64,000 nucleotides of DNA from Dehalococcoidia bacterium (GTDB lineage Bacteria > Chloroflexota > Dehalococcoidia > Lucifugimonadales > GCA-2712585), in contig OZ250180.1 of NCBI GenBank assembly GCA_965238215.1, forward strand, positions 2,661,524-2,725,523, read 5' to 3'. The translations under genes and the position numbers were made by a program. The notes under the pieces were generated by a model. That model worked only from the letters and a program-made list of their open reading frames with translations. It was not told the DNA's origin and searched no databases. Below, piece by piece: positions 1 to 8,609 of this stretch. How positions within the stretch are numbered: the first letter of the stretch is position 1; every line of letters begins with the position of its first letter.

Positions 1-802
1 TGTATTCGTAGGCCACAGCCTCGAATTCTTCCTCTTCGAGGCGCTCGACGATGGCGCCCAGGTCCTGCCACTTGGCAGGGTCGCCAAGAGCAGGGTCGGG
101 TCGGACGGGTGTGCGGAGCCAGTAGACCTCCAGATGCTCCTCCTCGGTAGGCACGTTGGCTCCAATGGCCTCCCTCATGAGGGAGAAGTAAAGCCGTTCC
201 TCCATAATGCGACGGAAGTCGGCATCGGAGATGCGGTTGCGGTTCAGAAAGGATGCGTGCTGCTCTTTATATTCCCGCTCCCGCTGGTCCTCCGTGACAA
301 TCTCCCCCGACGCAGGAGCAGGAGTGAAAATGAAGCGTATGATCTCCTCGATCTCTTCCTCCGTGACCTCCACTCCATATTCCGACGAGCCCTGCTTCAG
401 GAGCTCCATCTGTACCCAGCCGAGGGTGAAGGGACCGGAAGTGATTTCAATGTCCGGATTGTATAAAACGCGGAGGATAGAGGTTAAATCCACGAAGGCG
501 CCGGTATACCCCTGGGCCGCCTGTATCATCCGAACGCGCTTCACCAGGTCCCCCTGGTTAAACCGGGTGTCGTTTACAACGGCGGCCTCCACGTTCGGAG
601 GCTTGTAAAGCTGGGTATACCAGTAGGCGACCGCTACGCCGGCGATGGCCAGAAGGCCGATCCCGAGAAAGACGAAAGCTACACGCTTCTTCGCCAGGCT
701 GCTCTGTTCCCGGACACGCCTTATCCGCCTATCGTCGGACTCCGGGGGCCCGCCGCGCCTGCCGGTCCGAGGGGGGCGACCCCCCCGCTGGGATGATGCC
801 AT
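1..802 (-). CDS. Partial CDS (5' part; the 3' end lies beyond the window start): membrane-anchored SurA-N/PpiD-like chaperone or peptidyl-prolyl isomerase family protein
   Basis: It is absent from the ORF track because it runs off the window. Reverse-complement from ATG at 802..800 reads stop-free to position 1: MASSQRGGRPPRTGRRGGPPESDDRRIRRVREQSSLAKKRVAFVFLGIGLLAIAGVAVAYWYTQLYKPPNVEAAVVNDTRFNQGDLVKRVRMIQAAQ... The architecture is a basic N-terminus, one TM helix, then a soluble domain. The product name is only an architectural guess. Confidence 0.5.
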   Translation of the reverse strand, partial: MASSQRGGRPPRTGRRGGPPESDDRRIRRVREQSSLAKKRVAFVFLGIGLLAIAGVAVAYWYTQLYKPPNVEAAVVNDTRFNQGDLVKRVRMIQAAQGYTGAFVDLTSILRVLYNPDIEITSGPFTLGWVQMELLKQGSSEYGVEVTEEEIEEIIRFIFTPAPASGEIVTEDQREREYKEQHASFLNRNRISDADFRRIMEERLYFSLMREAIGANVPTEEEHLEVYWLRTPVRPDPALGDPAKWQDLGAIVERLEEEEFEAVAYEY

Positions 803-884
803 CTACGCAACCCCTTGAGGCCGCCCGCAAAGAGCCGGCGGCCGGGTGATGCTTGAAATACGCTGCTGCGGCAAGAAAGGTTTT

Positions 885-1172
885 CTAGGCCATCAGGCGG
901 CCATGGTCGGGGCTGAGGGGCAGGAGCGCAACGATGCGCGCCCGCTTAATGGCCCGAGAAAGGGCCCGCTGATGCCGGGCGCAGTTGCCCGTCTTGCGGC
1001 GGGGATCAATCTTGAACCTGTCGGAGAGGTATCTCCTCAACCGGCCCACGTCCTTGTAGTCGACATCCTGAACCTTGTCCACGCAGAAGGCGCAGACCTT
1101 TCGCCTGGGAATGTAACGGCGTCTTGGCCTGCCGCCTGGTCTTCCACCTGCTCTAAATGGGGGTCTAGTCAT
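885..1172 (-). CDS. rpsR: 30S ribosomal protein S18
   Basis: The 95-aa ORF contains the conserved S18 core [63 protein letters not shown]. It sits last in the canonical rpsF-ssb-rpsR order. Confidence 0.93.
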   Translation of the reverse strand: MTRPPFRAGGRPGGRPRRRYIPRRKVCAFCVDKVQDVDYKDVGRLRRYLSDRFKIDPRRKTGNCARHQRALSRAIKRARIVALLPLSPDHGRLMA

Positions 1173-1209
1173 CTGTCAATCGTCTCCTCGATATAAGCCG
1201 CCTTGTATG

Positions 1210-1629
1210 TTAGAAGGGCAAATCGTCCGGGTCCACGCCTCCGCCAGAATCGTTCCGCGCCCGATCGCCCGTGTAACCACCGCCACCGTCTGCATCTCGC
1301 CCAGACAGGAACACCACCTCGGTCGCGTTGATTTCGCTCGTTGTCCGCTCGTCGCCGTCTCGCCCCGTCCATCGGCTCGTGCTGAAGCGGCCCTCCACGA
1401 ATACCGGGCTTCCCTTAGTGAGATATTGGTTCGCAACCTCCGCCAGGCGACCCCAGGCTGAAACTCGGAACCATTCCGTCTCGTCTCTGTCCTCTCCGCC
1501 CCGAGTGCGATACCTGCGACTTGCCGCCACGCTAAAACTAGTCACCGGGTCTCCATTGCTGGTATACCGCATCTCCGGGTCACCGCCCAGATTTCCGATG
1601 ATCGTTATCTTACTAAGGCCGCGTACCAT
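1210..1629 (-). CDS. ssb: Single-stranded DNA-binding protein
   Basis: The 139-aa ORF has an OB-fold N-terminus (KITIIGNLGGDPEMRYTSNGDPVTSFSVA...WFRVSAWGRLAE), a Gly-rich linker and the acidic C-terminal tip DPDDLPF. Confidence 0.93.
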   Translation of the reverse strand: MVRGLSKITIIGNLGGDPEMRYTSNGDPVTSFSVAASRRYRTRGGEDRDETEWFRVSAWGRLAEVANQYLTKGSPVFVEGRFSTSRWTGRDGDERTTSEINATEVVFLSGRDADGGGGYTGDRARNDSGGGVDPDDLPF

Positions 1630-1664
1630 ACTCGCCTGCGCCTCCTCTTCATAGTTCCCAAAAA

Positions 1665-2072
1665 CTAACGCTGCAGAGGACTTTCCTGCGTGGGACTCGG
1701 CCCACCCTCAGACTTCGGGGCTTCCTTACTCTCTTCAACCTCTTCGACCTTCGTGGAAGGTTCGGTCCGAACTACCATGTGCCTCAGCACCTGTTCTGAG
1801 AGCAACAGGGGGCGTTGTATAATGGTAACCTGGTCCGGCTCAAGGTCGAACCTGTACAGGTAGTAGACCCCCTCCATGTAGTCCTGGCCCGCCTTCTTGA
1901 TGGTGTAGGCCAGACGACGGGTTCCCCAAGCGTCCTCCTTGGCGATGGTCCCACCGTTGGAGGTTATCGACTCCCGTACCCGCTCCCGGGCGGTGGCGTC
2001 CTCCTCACGGCTGAGGGCGGGATTCAACACCAGCATTAGCTCATAGTCCTGTTTCAATGCATCCTCCTCCAA
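1665..2072 (-). CDS. rpsF: 30S ribosomal protein S6
   Basis: The 135-aa ORF shows S6-like segments YELMLVLNP...GTRRLAYTIKK...YYLYRF and a Glu/Lys-rich tail. It lies directly upstream of ssb-rpsR. Confidence 0.9.
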   Translation of the reverse strand: MEEDALKQDYELMLVLNPALSREEDATARERVRESITSNGGTIAKEDAWGTRRLAYTIKKAGQDYMEGVYYLYRFDLEPDQVTIIQRPLLLSEQVLRHMVVRTEPSTKVEEVEESKEAPKSEGGPSPTQESPLQR

Positions 2073-2117
2073 GTCGGCGCCAATTGTAGCATTTTCGGCC
2101 CCATCCCCTCAACATGG

Positions 2118-3362
2118 CTAGTCGTCGATGCCCGGCACCGGAAAACCCGAAGCCAACGTCTCTGCTTCCTCCCGAATGGCGGCGATAGCGTCATCGTCCT
2201 CCTTGGCGGCAAGAGCGCGTACTATCATACGGGCCGTCTGCTTCATCTCCTCCGGGCCGAAGCCCCGGCTGGTAACGGCGGCGGAGCCGACTCTCAGACC
2301 GCTGGTTACCCGGGGCGGCTCAGGGTCGAAGGGAATCGCGTTCTTGTTGGTGATGATGGACGCCCGCTCCAGCGTAGCCTCCGCCTCGTTTCCTTTCACC
2401 CCCAGTGGCCGCAGGTCCACCAGGGACAGATGATTGTCCGTGCCGCCGGAGACGATTCGCAGCCCCTCTTCAGCCAGCGTGTCCGCCAGCGTGCGGGAAT
2501 TCTTCACCACCGCATGGGCGTATTGTTGAAATTCGGGCTTCATGGCTTCGCCAAAGCACACGGCCTTCGCGGCGATTACCTGCATAAAGGGGCCTCCCTG
2601 TGTGTGAGGAAACACCGCCCGATCCACCCTGCGGGCGAGCTTTGACTCGCACAGGATGATGCCGCCCCGGGGGCCGCGCAGGGTCTTCTGGGTGGTGGAA
2701 GTCACGACGTGGGCATGGGGGAAGGGGGAAGGATAGGCCCCACCGGCGATTAGCCCCGAAACATGGGCCATGTCCACCATTAGCCTTGCGTCCACCAGAT
2801 CCGCTATCTGCCGGAAACGCTGAAAGTCGATGGTCCGCGGGTAGGCGGTGTAGCCCGCCACTATGAGCTTGGGCCGATGTTCCTTCGCCAGCCGCTCCAC
2901 CGCATCGTAGTCGATGGTCTCCGTCTCACGCTCCAGCTCGTATCCCACGAAGTTGTAGAGCTTGCCGGAAAAGTTAACCGGGCTGCCGTGGGTAAGATGT
3001 CCGCCCTGGTCGAGACGCAGCCCCATCACGGTGTCGCCGGGCTTGAGCAGGGCAAAGTAGACCGCCATGTTGGCCTGGGCGCCGCTGTGGGGCTGCACAT
3101 TGGCGTGCTCAGCGCCAAATAGCGCCTTTGCCCGCTCCCTGGCCAGCTCCTCCACCTCGTCGACGAAACGGCAGCCGGCATAGTAGCGACGACCAGGATA
3201 GCCCTCGGCGTACTTGTTGTTCATCAGGCTCGCCTGGGCTTCCAGGACCGCGCGGCTGGCGTAGTTCTCCGACGCTATGAGGACGATGTTGGTCCGCTGG
3301 CGCCGATTCTCTCTCTCGATGATATCGGCCACCGCCGCGTCCACTCTTCGAACTTCCGTCAT
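2118..3362 (-). CDS. glyA: Serine hydroxymethyltransferase
   Basis: The 414-aa ORF has [16 protein letters not shown] and the PLP-lysine motif [16 protein letters not shown]. Confidence 0.96.
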   Translation of the reverse strand: MTEVRRVDAAVADIIERENRRQRTNIVLIASENYASRAVLEAQASLMNNKYAEGYPGRRYYAGCRFVDEVEELARERAKALFGAEHANVQPHSGAQANMAVYFALLKPGDTVMGLRLDQGGHLTHGSPVNFSGKLYNFVGYELERETETIDYDAVERLAKEHRPKLIVAGYTAYPRTIDFQRFRQIADLVDARLMVDMAHVSGLIAGGAYPSPFPHAHVVTSTTQKTLRGPRGGIILCESKLARRVDRAVFPHTQGGPFMQVIAAKAVCFGEAMKPEFQQYAHAVVKNSRTLADTLAEEGLRIVSGGTDNHLSLVDLRPLGVKGNEAEATLERASIITNKNAIPFDPEPPRVTSGLRVGSAAVTSRGFGPEEMKQTARMIVRALAAKEDDDAIAAIREEAETLASGFPVPGIDD

Positions 3363-3398
3363 TGTCCCTCATCTCCGGCGCCCGCAAGCATGCCCGTT

Positions 3399-3427
3399 AG
3401 TCTAAGTGGGGCCGCATTGACTGTCAA
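3399..3427 (-). promoter_or_regulatory. Candidate sigma70-type promoter for glyA
   Basis: On the minus strand the sequence reads TTGACA (3427..3422), a 17-nt spacer, then TAGACT (3404..3399). It lies ~36 nt upstream of the glyA ATG. Confidence 0.35.
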
Positions 3428-3684
3428 CGAACCGCCCTCCGGTGGGAGCCTTTAAGTGTAATACGACAAGATTCTCCGTAGAGATTTGCGGTCACAAAAG
3501 CACGCCCTGAATGAATATGAAAGAATCGTATTGACACAATCCCCCGTCCACATCATCATTAACTTATAGGGGCGCCGACGGTCGAACCTGCTTGTCCCAA
3601 AGGCAGCCCCTGCTCCCGCCGCTATCGCGTCGAGCGCAAATCACACCTCACGCCAAGGGTCTACCAGATTTGGGAGGGTGCAGA

Positions 3685-5058
3685 ATGTTCAATACCCGCC
3701 CTCGGAGCCTGGCAAGAGTGCTTCTGCTCCTGGTTTTCGTCGCCTCTTTCCTCTTGGGGCTGGCCGGCCAGGTCCTCGCCCAGGGACGCACGGCCCTCGT
3801 TGCAGACGTGGACGGCATCATCAACCCGATATCCCAACGTTACATCACGCGTACCGTGGAGAAAGGCGAAGATGAACAGGCCGAGGTTGTAATCATACTG
3901 CTGAACACCCCCGGCGGCCTTCTCTCCTCCACCCGCGAGATCTACGAATCGCTGCTCAACGCCACCGTCCCGACAGTAGTCTTCGTATCGCCCCGCGGTG
4001 CGCAGGCGGCCTCGGCGGGGACCTTCATCACCGCTGCGGCCCACGTGGCCGTGATGGCGCCGAGCACCAGCATCGGCGCAGCCACCCCGGTGGGCGGCGG
4101 CGGCGAAGACCTGCCTGAAACCCTGGCCGGCAAGGCAACCAACGCCGCCGCCGCCGACATGCGGGCCATCGCTAAAGAGCGGGGGCGCAACGTGGAAGAG
4201 CTTGAGAGCACCGTAATTTCCGCCAAGTCCTTCTCATCCGAAGAAGCCGTCAACCTCAACGTGGTGGATTTCATTGCCGAAGACTTGGACGACCTCCTAC
4301 TCAAGCTGGACGGCCGGGCCGTAACCATCGGCGAGGAGACGCACATCCTCTCCACCAGGGACGTCCAGATCGAACGGCTCGACATGGGCCTGATCAACCG
4401 CGTACTCTTCATTCTGGCGGACCCCAACATATCCTTTCTCCTCCTAACCCTTGGCGGGCTGGGCCTCGTCGTAGAGCTCTGGAGCCCCGGGATCGTCATC
4501 CCCGGGCTGACGGGCGTGGTGTTCCTTGTACTGGCCTTCATCAGCCTGGGGAATCTCCCCGTCAACTGGGGAGGCGCGGCTCTGATCCTCGTCGGCCTGG
4601 CCCTCATTGCCCTGGAGATATTCGTGTCCGGCTTTGGCGTGTTGGGCATAGGCGGCACCATCAGCTTCATCCTAGGAAGTCTGCTATTGTTCGCCCACTT
4701 CGGCACGCCATCGCCAACGGCGCCCTCCCTCGGTGTCAGCCCCTGGGTCTTATGGCCCACCGTAGCCGTCATCGCCATCACCGCCGCCTGGGTGCTAACG
4801 ACCATAGTGCGCCAGCACAAGATGGAGAAAGTACTGGACCTCTCGCCTCTCATAGACTCCAAGGCGGTGGTCACGACAGCGTTGGACCCCAGGGGAACGG
4901 TCCGGATAAATACGGAAATATGGACAGCCTATTGCATCTATGGCACAATGATTCCCGAGGGTCGACGGGTGCGGGTGGTCGCCATGGAAGGCGCCGTCTT
5001 ACAAGTGGCCCCTATCGAAGATATGGACAACCCTTCATTATCTGTGCAGGAAGAATAG
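3685..5058 (+). CDS. NfeD-family membrane-bound ClpP-class serine protease
   Basis: It has a signal/TM segment, then a ClpP-like domain (IILLNTPGGLLSSTREI...SPRGAQAASAGTFI), several TM helices and a C-terminal NfeD OB-like domain. SD GGGAGGG lies 6 nt before ATG 3685 (the track ORF starts at 3592). An SPFH gene follows immediately. Confidence 0.8.
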   Translation: MFNTRPRSLARVLLLLVFVASFLLGLAGQVLAQGRTALVADVDGIINPISQRYITRTVEKGEDEQAEVVIILLNTPGGLLSSTREIYESLLNATVPTVVFVSPRGAQAASAGTFITAAAHVAVMAPSTSIGAATPVGGGGEDLPETLAGKATNAAAADMRAIAKERGRNVEELESTVISAKSFSSEEAVNLNVVDFIAEDLDDLLLKLDGRAVTIGEETHILSTRDVQIERLDMGLINRVLFILADPNISFLLLTLGGLGLVVELWSPGIVIPGLTGVVFLVLAFISLGNLPVNWGGAALILVGLALIALEIFVSGFGVLGIGGTISFILGSLLLFAHFGTPSPTAPSLGVSPWVLWPTVAVIAITAAWVLTTIVRQHKMEKVLDLSPLIDSKAVVTTALDPRGTVRINTEIWTAYCIYGTMIPEGRRVRVVAMEGAVLQVAPIEDMDNPSLSVQEE

Positions 5059-5068
5059 AGAGGACGAC

Positions 5069-5941
5069 ATGCCCTTTGGACTAGAGATTGTAAAGCAGTT
5101 CGAGAAGATGGTGGTGCTCCGGTGGGGACGCCTGGAGCGGGTTTCCCATCCCGGTCTCCGCTTCGTTGTGCCCTTCATGGAGGACGGGCGGAAGGTGGAC
5201 CTTCGCGAGCGGGTGCAGCGGGTGCCCACCCAGAAGTACATCACCAGCGACAACGTGGTGGTGGACATGGACTTTGTAATCTACTACCGGGTGATGGAGG
5301 AGAGCGCGGAACAAGCGGTGCTCAACGTGCAGAATTTCGAGGCCGCCGTGGTGAACCTGGCCCTCTCCACCCTCAGGGCCGTCATCGGCTCAACCAGCCT
5401 GGCATCCGCGCTGGCGGAGCGGGAAAAGGTGCGCGACGCCCTTCAGATTCGCCTGGATGAGGTGACGGGGCGTTGGGGCGTCAAGGTGAGCCAGGTGGAG
5501 ATAAACGAGATAGACCCGCCCCCGGGCGTCAAGGCCGCCATGGAGCGGGAGAAGTCCGCCGCTGCCATCAAGACGGCGGACATTACCGAGTCCGAAGGCA
5601 AGAGGCAGGCCGCCATCAACCGGGCCGAAGGCGAGAAGCGGTCTGCAATCCTGGAGGCCGAGGGTGGACGCCAGTCGGAGATTCTGGAGGCCGAAGGCGA
5701 CCGCCAAGCCGCCATCCTGCGCGCCGAGGGGTTCAGCACCGCCCTCGACCGCATCTACGAGGTGGCCTCCAAGGTGGACAACAAGACAATGAGTTTGCAG
5801 TATTTCGAGGTGCTCAAGGAGATGGGTTCCAGCCCCTCCACCAAGTTCATATTCCCAATGGAGTTCACATCCATGCTGCAGCCCTTCCTGAACCTGGGAG
5901 GCGGAGGCGGGCCGGATAACGGCAAGGACAAGACCTCCTAG
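5069..5941 (+). CDS. SPFH/band-7 (stomatin-like) membrane protein
   Basis: The SPFH core (VVLRWGRLERVSHPGLRFVVPFMEDGRKVDLRE...) is followed by repetitive coiled coil AEGEKRSAILEAEGGRQSEILEAEGDRQAAILRAEG. NfeD-stomatin is a classical pairing. Confidence 0.85.
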   Translation: MPFGLEIVKQFEKMVVLRWGRLERVSHPGLRFVVPFMEDGRKVDLRERVQRVPTQKYITSDNVVVDMDFVIYYRVMEESAEQAVLNVQNFEAAVVNLALSTLRAVIGSTSLASALAEREKVRDALQIRLDEVTGRWGVKVSQVEINEIDPPPGVKAAMEREKSAAAIKTADITESEGKRQAAINRAEGEKRSAILEAEGGRQSEILEAEGDRQAAILRAEGFSTALDRIYEVASKVDNKTMSLQYFEVLKEMGSSPSTKFIFPMEFTSMLQPFLNLGGGGGPDNGKDKTS

Positions 5942-5979
5942 CCTTCTCGCAGGGATAAAGTATAGACTTACAAACGTCT

Positions 5980-6012
5980 GGGGGCGGCTTTATTGCCGCC
6001 CCCGTTTCTTGT
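5980..6012 (+). terminator. Rho-independent terminator after the SPFH gene
   Basis: GGGGGCGGC (5980..5988), loop TTTATT, GCCGCCCCC (5995..6003), then GTTTCTTGT. It lies between convergent genes. Confidence 0.5.
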
Positions 6013-6054
6013 CGGCAACCCCCCAAGACCCACCCCTTTTCCTGGCTCTAGCCG

Positions 6055-7017
6055 CTAACGTCCCACCTCATCTCCCGGAAGAAGAAACTCATCCAGCAGT
6101 TCCAAGGCCGCCGTGTATGGCTCCAACTCCCCCTCTTCCACCCTCTCAACCATCGACTGTAGTGCAGGGCTTTGGGCAATCTGCCCCTCAACCCGTTTTG
6201 CCAGCCTATCCCGCAGCGTCTCTGTTAGCTCCGTAGACCGCCGCTTGCGTCGCCGCTCTTCCAGCAGGTTTGATGCTGTCAAGTAGTTCCGGTGCTCCTC
6301 AATTGCGTCGACAAGCCCCTCTATGCCCGCGCCCTCAACCGCCTGCGTTTCCACCACCGGCGGCCTCCAGCCGCTCCCGGCGGGCGACATGGCCAGCAGC
6401 GAGCGGACGTTGGCGGTCATCCGCTGGGCGCCTGGCCGGTCCGCCTTGTTGACGACAAACACGTCGGCAATCTCCATCAGTCCCGCTTTCAGGGTTTGAA
6501 TGGCGTCGCCCGCCTCCGGAACCAGCGCCACTACAACCGTGTCGGCCACCCCCATCACGTCCAGCTCCGTTTGACCCACTCCCACCGTCTCCACCAAAGA
6601 AACGTCCTTGCCCGCAGCGTCCAGCAGCCGTACCACTCCCTTGACAATTCTGGGCACGCCTCCGTGGGCCCCACGGGTTGACATGCTGCGTATGAACACC
6701 CCAGGGTCCAGATAGTGGCCCTCCATGCGGATGCGGTCCCCCAACAGCGCACCACCGGAATAGGGGCTGGAAGGGTCCACGGCTAAGATTCCCACGGAAC
6801 GGCCCTGACTCCGGTACTCCTGGGTAAGCCGGGTGATGAGGGTGCTCTTTCCCGCCCCCGGCGGGCCCGTTATGCCCACGGCATAGCCTTTGCCCGTGTG
6901 AGCATGAACGTCCCTCATAATCTGTGCGGCGAGAGGATCGTCTCGCTCCAACATGGAAATGGCCCTGGAAAGGGCGCGCTTGTTTCCCTTGAGTAGCTGT
7001 TCAGAGAGTGGATGCAT
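6055..7017 (-). CDS. meaB: MeaB/ArgK-type G3E-family GTPase (methylmalonyl-CoA mutase-associated chaperone family)
   Basis: It carries Walker A GITGPPGAGKSTL, DRIRM, VETVGVGQ and NKADR (NKxD). The likely start is ATG 7017 (MHPLSEQLLKGNKRALSRAISMLE); the track ORF extends to 7092. Confidence 0.85.
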   Translation of the reverse strand: MHPLSEQLLKGNKRALSRAISMLERDDPLAAQIMRDVHAHTGKGYAVGITGPPGAGKSTLITRLTQEYRSQGRSVGILAVDPSSPYSGGALLGDRIRMEGHYLDPGVFIRSMSTRGAHGGVPRIVKGVVRLLDAAGKDVSLVETVGVGQTELDVMGVADTVVVALVPEAGDAIQTLKAGLMEIADVFVVNKADRPGAQRMTANVRSLLAMSPAGSGWRPPVVETQAVEGAGIEGLVDAIEEHRNYLTASNLLEERRRKRRSTELTETLRDRLAKRVEGQIAQSPALQSMVERVEEGELEPYTAALELLDEFLLPGDEVGR

Positions 7018-7194
7018 TAAGAATCCGGCGTCTTGTAGAGTGTCTGGCCTTGAAACAAGACAAAATCTAGCACCACCCCAAAACAGCGTCAAGGAAAATG
7101 ATCCAGGATTGAAGGAGACTCTTAACGGAATGTTCCCCGGTTGTAGTTGCTCGCTCCGCGGACAAGACCCACAAAATTTCTGCGAAATGGGGTA

Positions 7195-7223
7195 TTGACA
7201 AGGGCTAAAGGTTAGTGTATATA
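7195..7223 (+). promoter_or_regulatory. Candidate sigma70-type promoter of the iron ABC transporter operon
   Basis: TTGACA (7195..7200), a 17-nt spacer, TATATA (7218..7223). It sits in an AT-rich tract ~105 nt upstream of the start at 7330. Confidence 0.4.
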
Positions 7224-7329
7224 AGCATTGAAATTAGGGTGAACTTAATTATTAAAGAGGATGTATTTACTTTTGGAAAACACTGGGTTTTAAGCCCTTC
7301 GGCAACCTTAATCTTCCACAAAGGAGAAT

Positions 7330-8430
7330 GTGTCCATGACTTGGAGCAATCGTTACGCTAGCGTTACCCTCACCGGCCCAGCCCCTCATAGCCCAAAGCC
7401 AAGGCGCCGCCGCACGACGGTTTGGGGAATCATGTTCGCCGCTCTGCTATTGCCTCTTCTTGTGGGAATCGTCGCGGCCTGCGGCGGCAGCGGCGACGAT
7501 GAAGCAGAATCCCTGACCGTCTACTCAGGTCGCAGCGAATCCCTCGTAGGGCCAATCATCGAGCAGTTCGCCAACGCTACCGGCATAGACGTGAGCGTAA
7601 AGTACGCCAGCACCTCTCAGATGGCCGCAACCCTGGCCGAGGAGGGCGACAACACCCGCGCCGACGTCTTCTTCGCTCAGGACCCCGGCGGCCTGGGATC
7701 AGTCGAGCACATGCTTCAGACCATACCCCAAGAGATTCTGGACAAGACGCCTTCCTGGGCCCGCTCTCCCGAAGGCCGTTGGGTCGGCATATCCGGCCGC
7801 GCCAGGGTCATCGTCTACAACACGGAGAACATCTCGCCCGAGGATATCCCCACCGATTTGTGGGGCTTCACCGACCCCAAGTGGAAGGGCCGCATTGGCT
7901 GGCCCCCCACCAACGCCTCATTCCAGACCATGGTCACCGCCATGCGCCATCTCTGGGGTGAAGAGCGTACCCGCCAGTGGCTGGAGGCTATTCAAGCCAA
8001 CGATCCCAAGGTATACGAGAAGAACACCCCCACCGTCGCTGCGGCGGGGACTGGCGAGATTGACGTGGGTTTCGTCAACCACTACTACCTCTACCGCTTC
8101 TTGGCCGAGGAAGGGGAAAGCTTCGCCGCCAGAAACCACCACCTGGCGGCGGGAGGGCCGGGATCTCTGATAATGGTGGCCGGCGCAGGCATTCTCTCTT
8201 CCTCCGAGAACACCGACGCCGCCGCCAAATTACTGGAGTTCCTGCTTTCGCCCGTGGCCCAGCAATACTTCTCCGGTCAGACCTATGAGTATCCTCTCGT
8301 GGAAGGGGTGAATGTGAACCGTCTCCTGACTCCCCTGGATGAGATAAACAACCCCTCCATATCGATGGAGAATCTGACCAACCTGAGGGGGACGCAGGAG
8401 ATGCTGCGAAGCGTCGGCATCCTGCCCTGA
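7330..8430 (+). CDS. ABC transporter periplasmic substrate-binding lipoprotein, Fe(III)/AfuA-FbpA-like
   Basis: It has a signal peptide with lipobox IVAACGG. The family-1 SBP sequence is SLTVYSGRSESLVGPIIEQFANATGIDVSVKYASTSQMAATLAEEGDNTRADVFFAQDPGG. A two-domain permease and an ATPase follow. Confidence 0.75.
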   Translation: MSMTWSNRYASVTLTGPAPHSPKPRRRRTTVWGIMFAALLLPLLVGIVAACGGSGDDEAESLTVYSGRSESLVGPIIEQFANATGIDVSVKYASTSQMAATLAEEGDNTRADVFFAQDPGGLGSVEHMLQTIPQEILDKTPSWARSPEGRWVGISGRARVIVYNTENISPEDIPTDLWGFTDPKWKGRIGWPPTNASFQTMVTAMRHLWGEERTRQWLEAIQANDPKVYEKNTPTVAAAGTGEIDVGFVNHYYLYRFLAEEGESFAARNHHLAAGGPGSLIMVAGAGILSSSENTDAAAKLLEFLLSPVAQQYFSGQTYEYPLVEGVNVNRLLTPLDEINNPSISMENLTNLRGTQEMLRSVGILP

Positions 8431-8609
8431 GAAGCGAAGACAATCCCGAAAAGACCCTGTTGGGGGGTTGCCCGTCACCACCCCCCGCAGGGGCATCGCT
8501 TCCAGCCATCGACCTCATCATCAAGCCGCGAAACTCCGCCCAACTAAAACTGCGTGATATAATCCGCCCAATCTTCGCCAACTTGAGGCCGCAACGTTGA
8601 CCCATCGCA

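Noticed and set aside
3363-3500. A possible ZTP (pfl) riboswitch upstream of glyA (UGUGACCGC... and CACCGGAGGGCGG resemble parts of the motif)
   Set aside because: The conserved 3' CCGCCUGGGC pseudoknot partner is absent. The best promoter leaves only a ~36-nt leader. The resemblance is partial.
6055-7017. MeaB GTPase without an adjacent methylmalonyl-CoA mutase, considered as an anomaly
   Set aside because: MeaB/ArgK genes are often unlinked from their mutases. Nothing in the sequence itself is unusual.
8461-8487. The hairpin GGGGGGT-N11-ACCCCCC between the iron SBP and permease genes, considered as a terminator
   Set aside because: It has no U-tract. It may modulate the SBP:permease ratio, but the evidence is too thin to call. 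An extended -10 (TGATATAAT, 8555..8563) nearby is likewise only suggestive.
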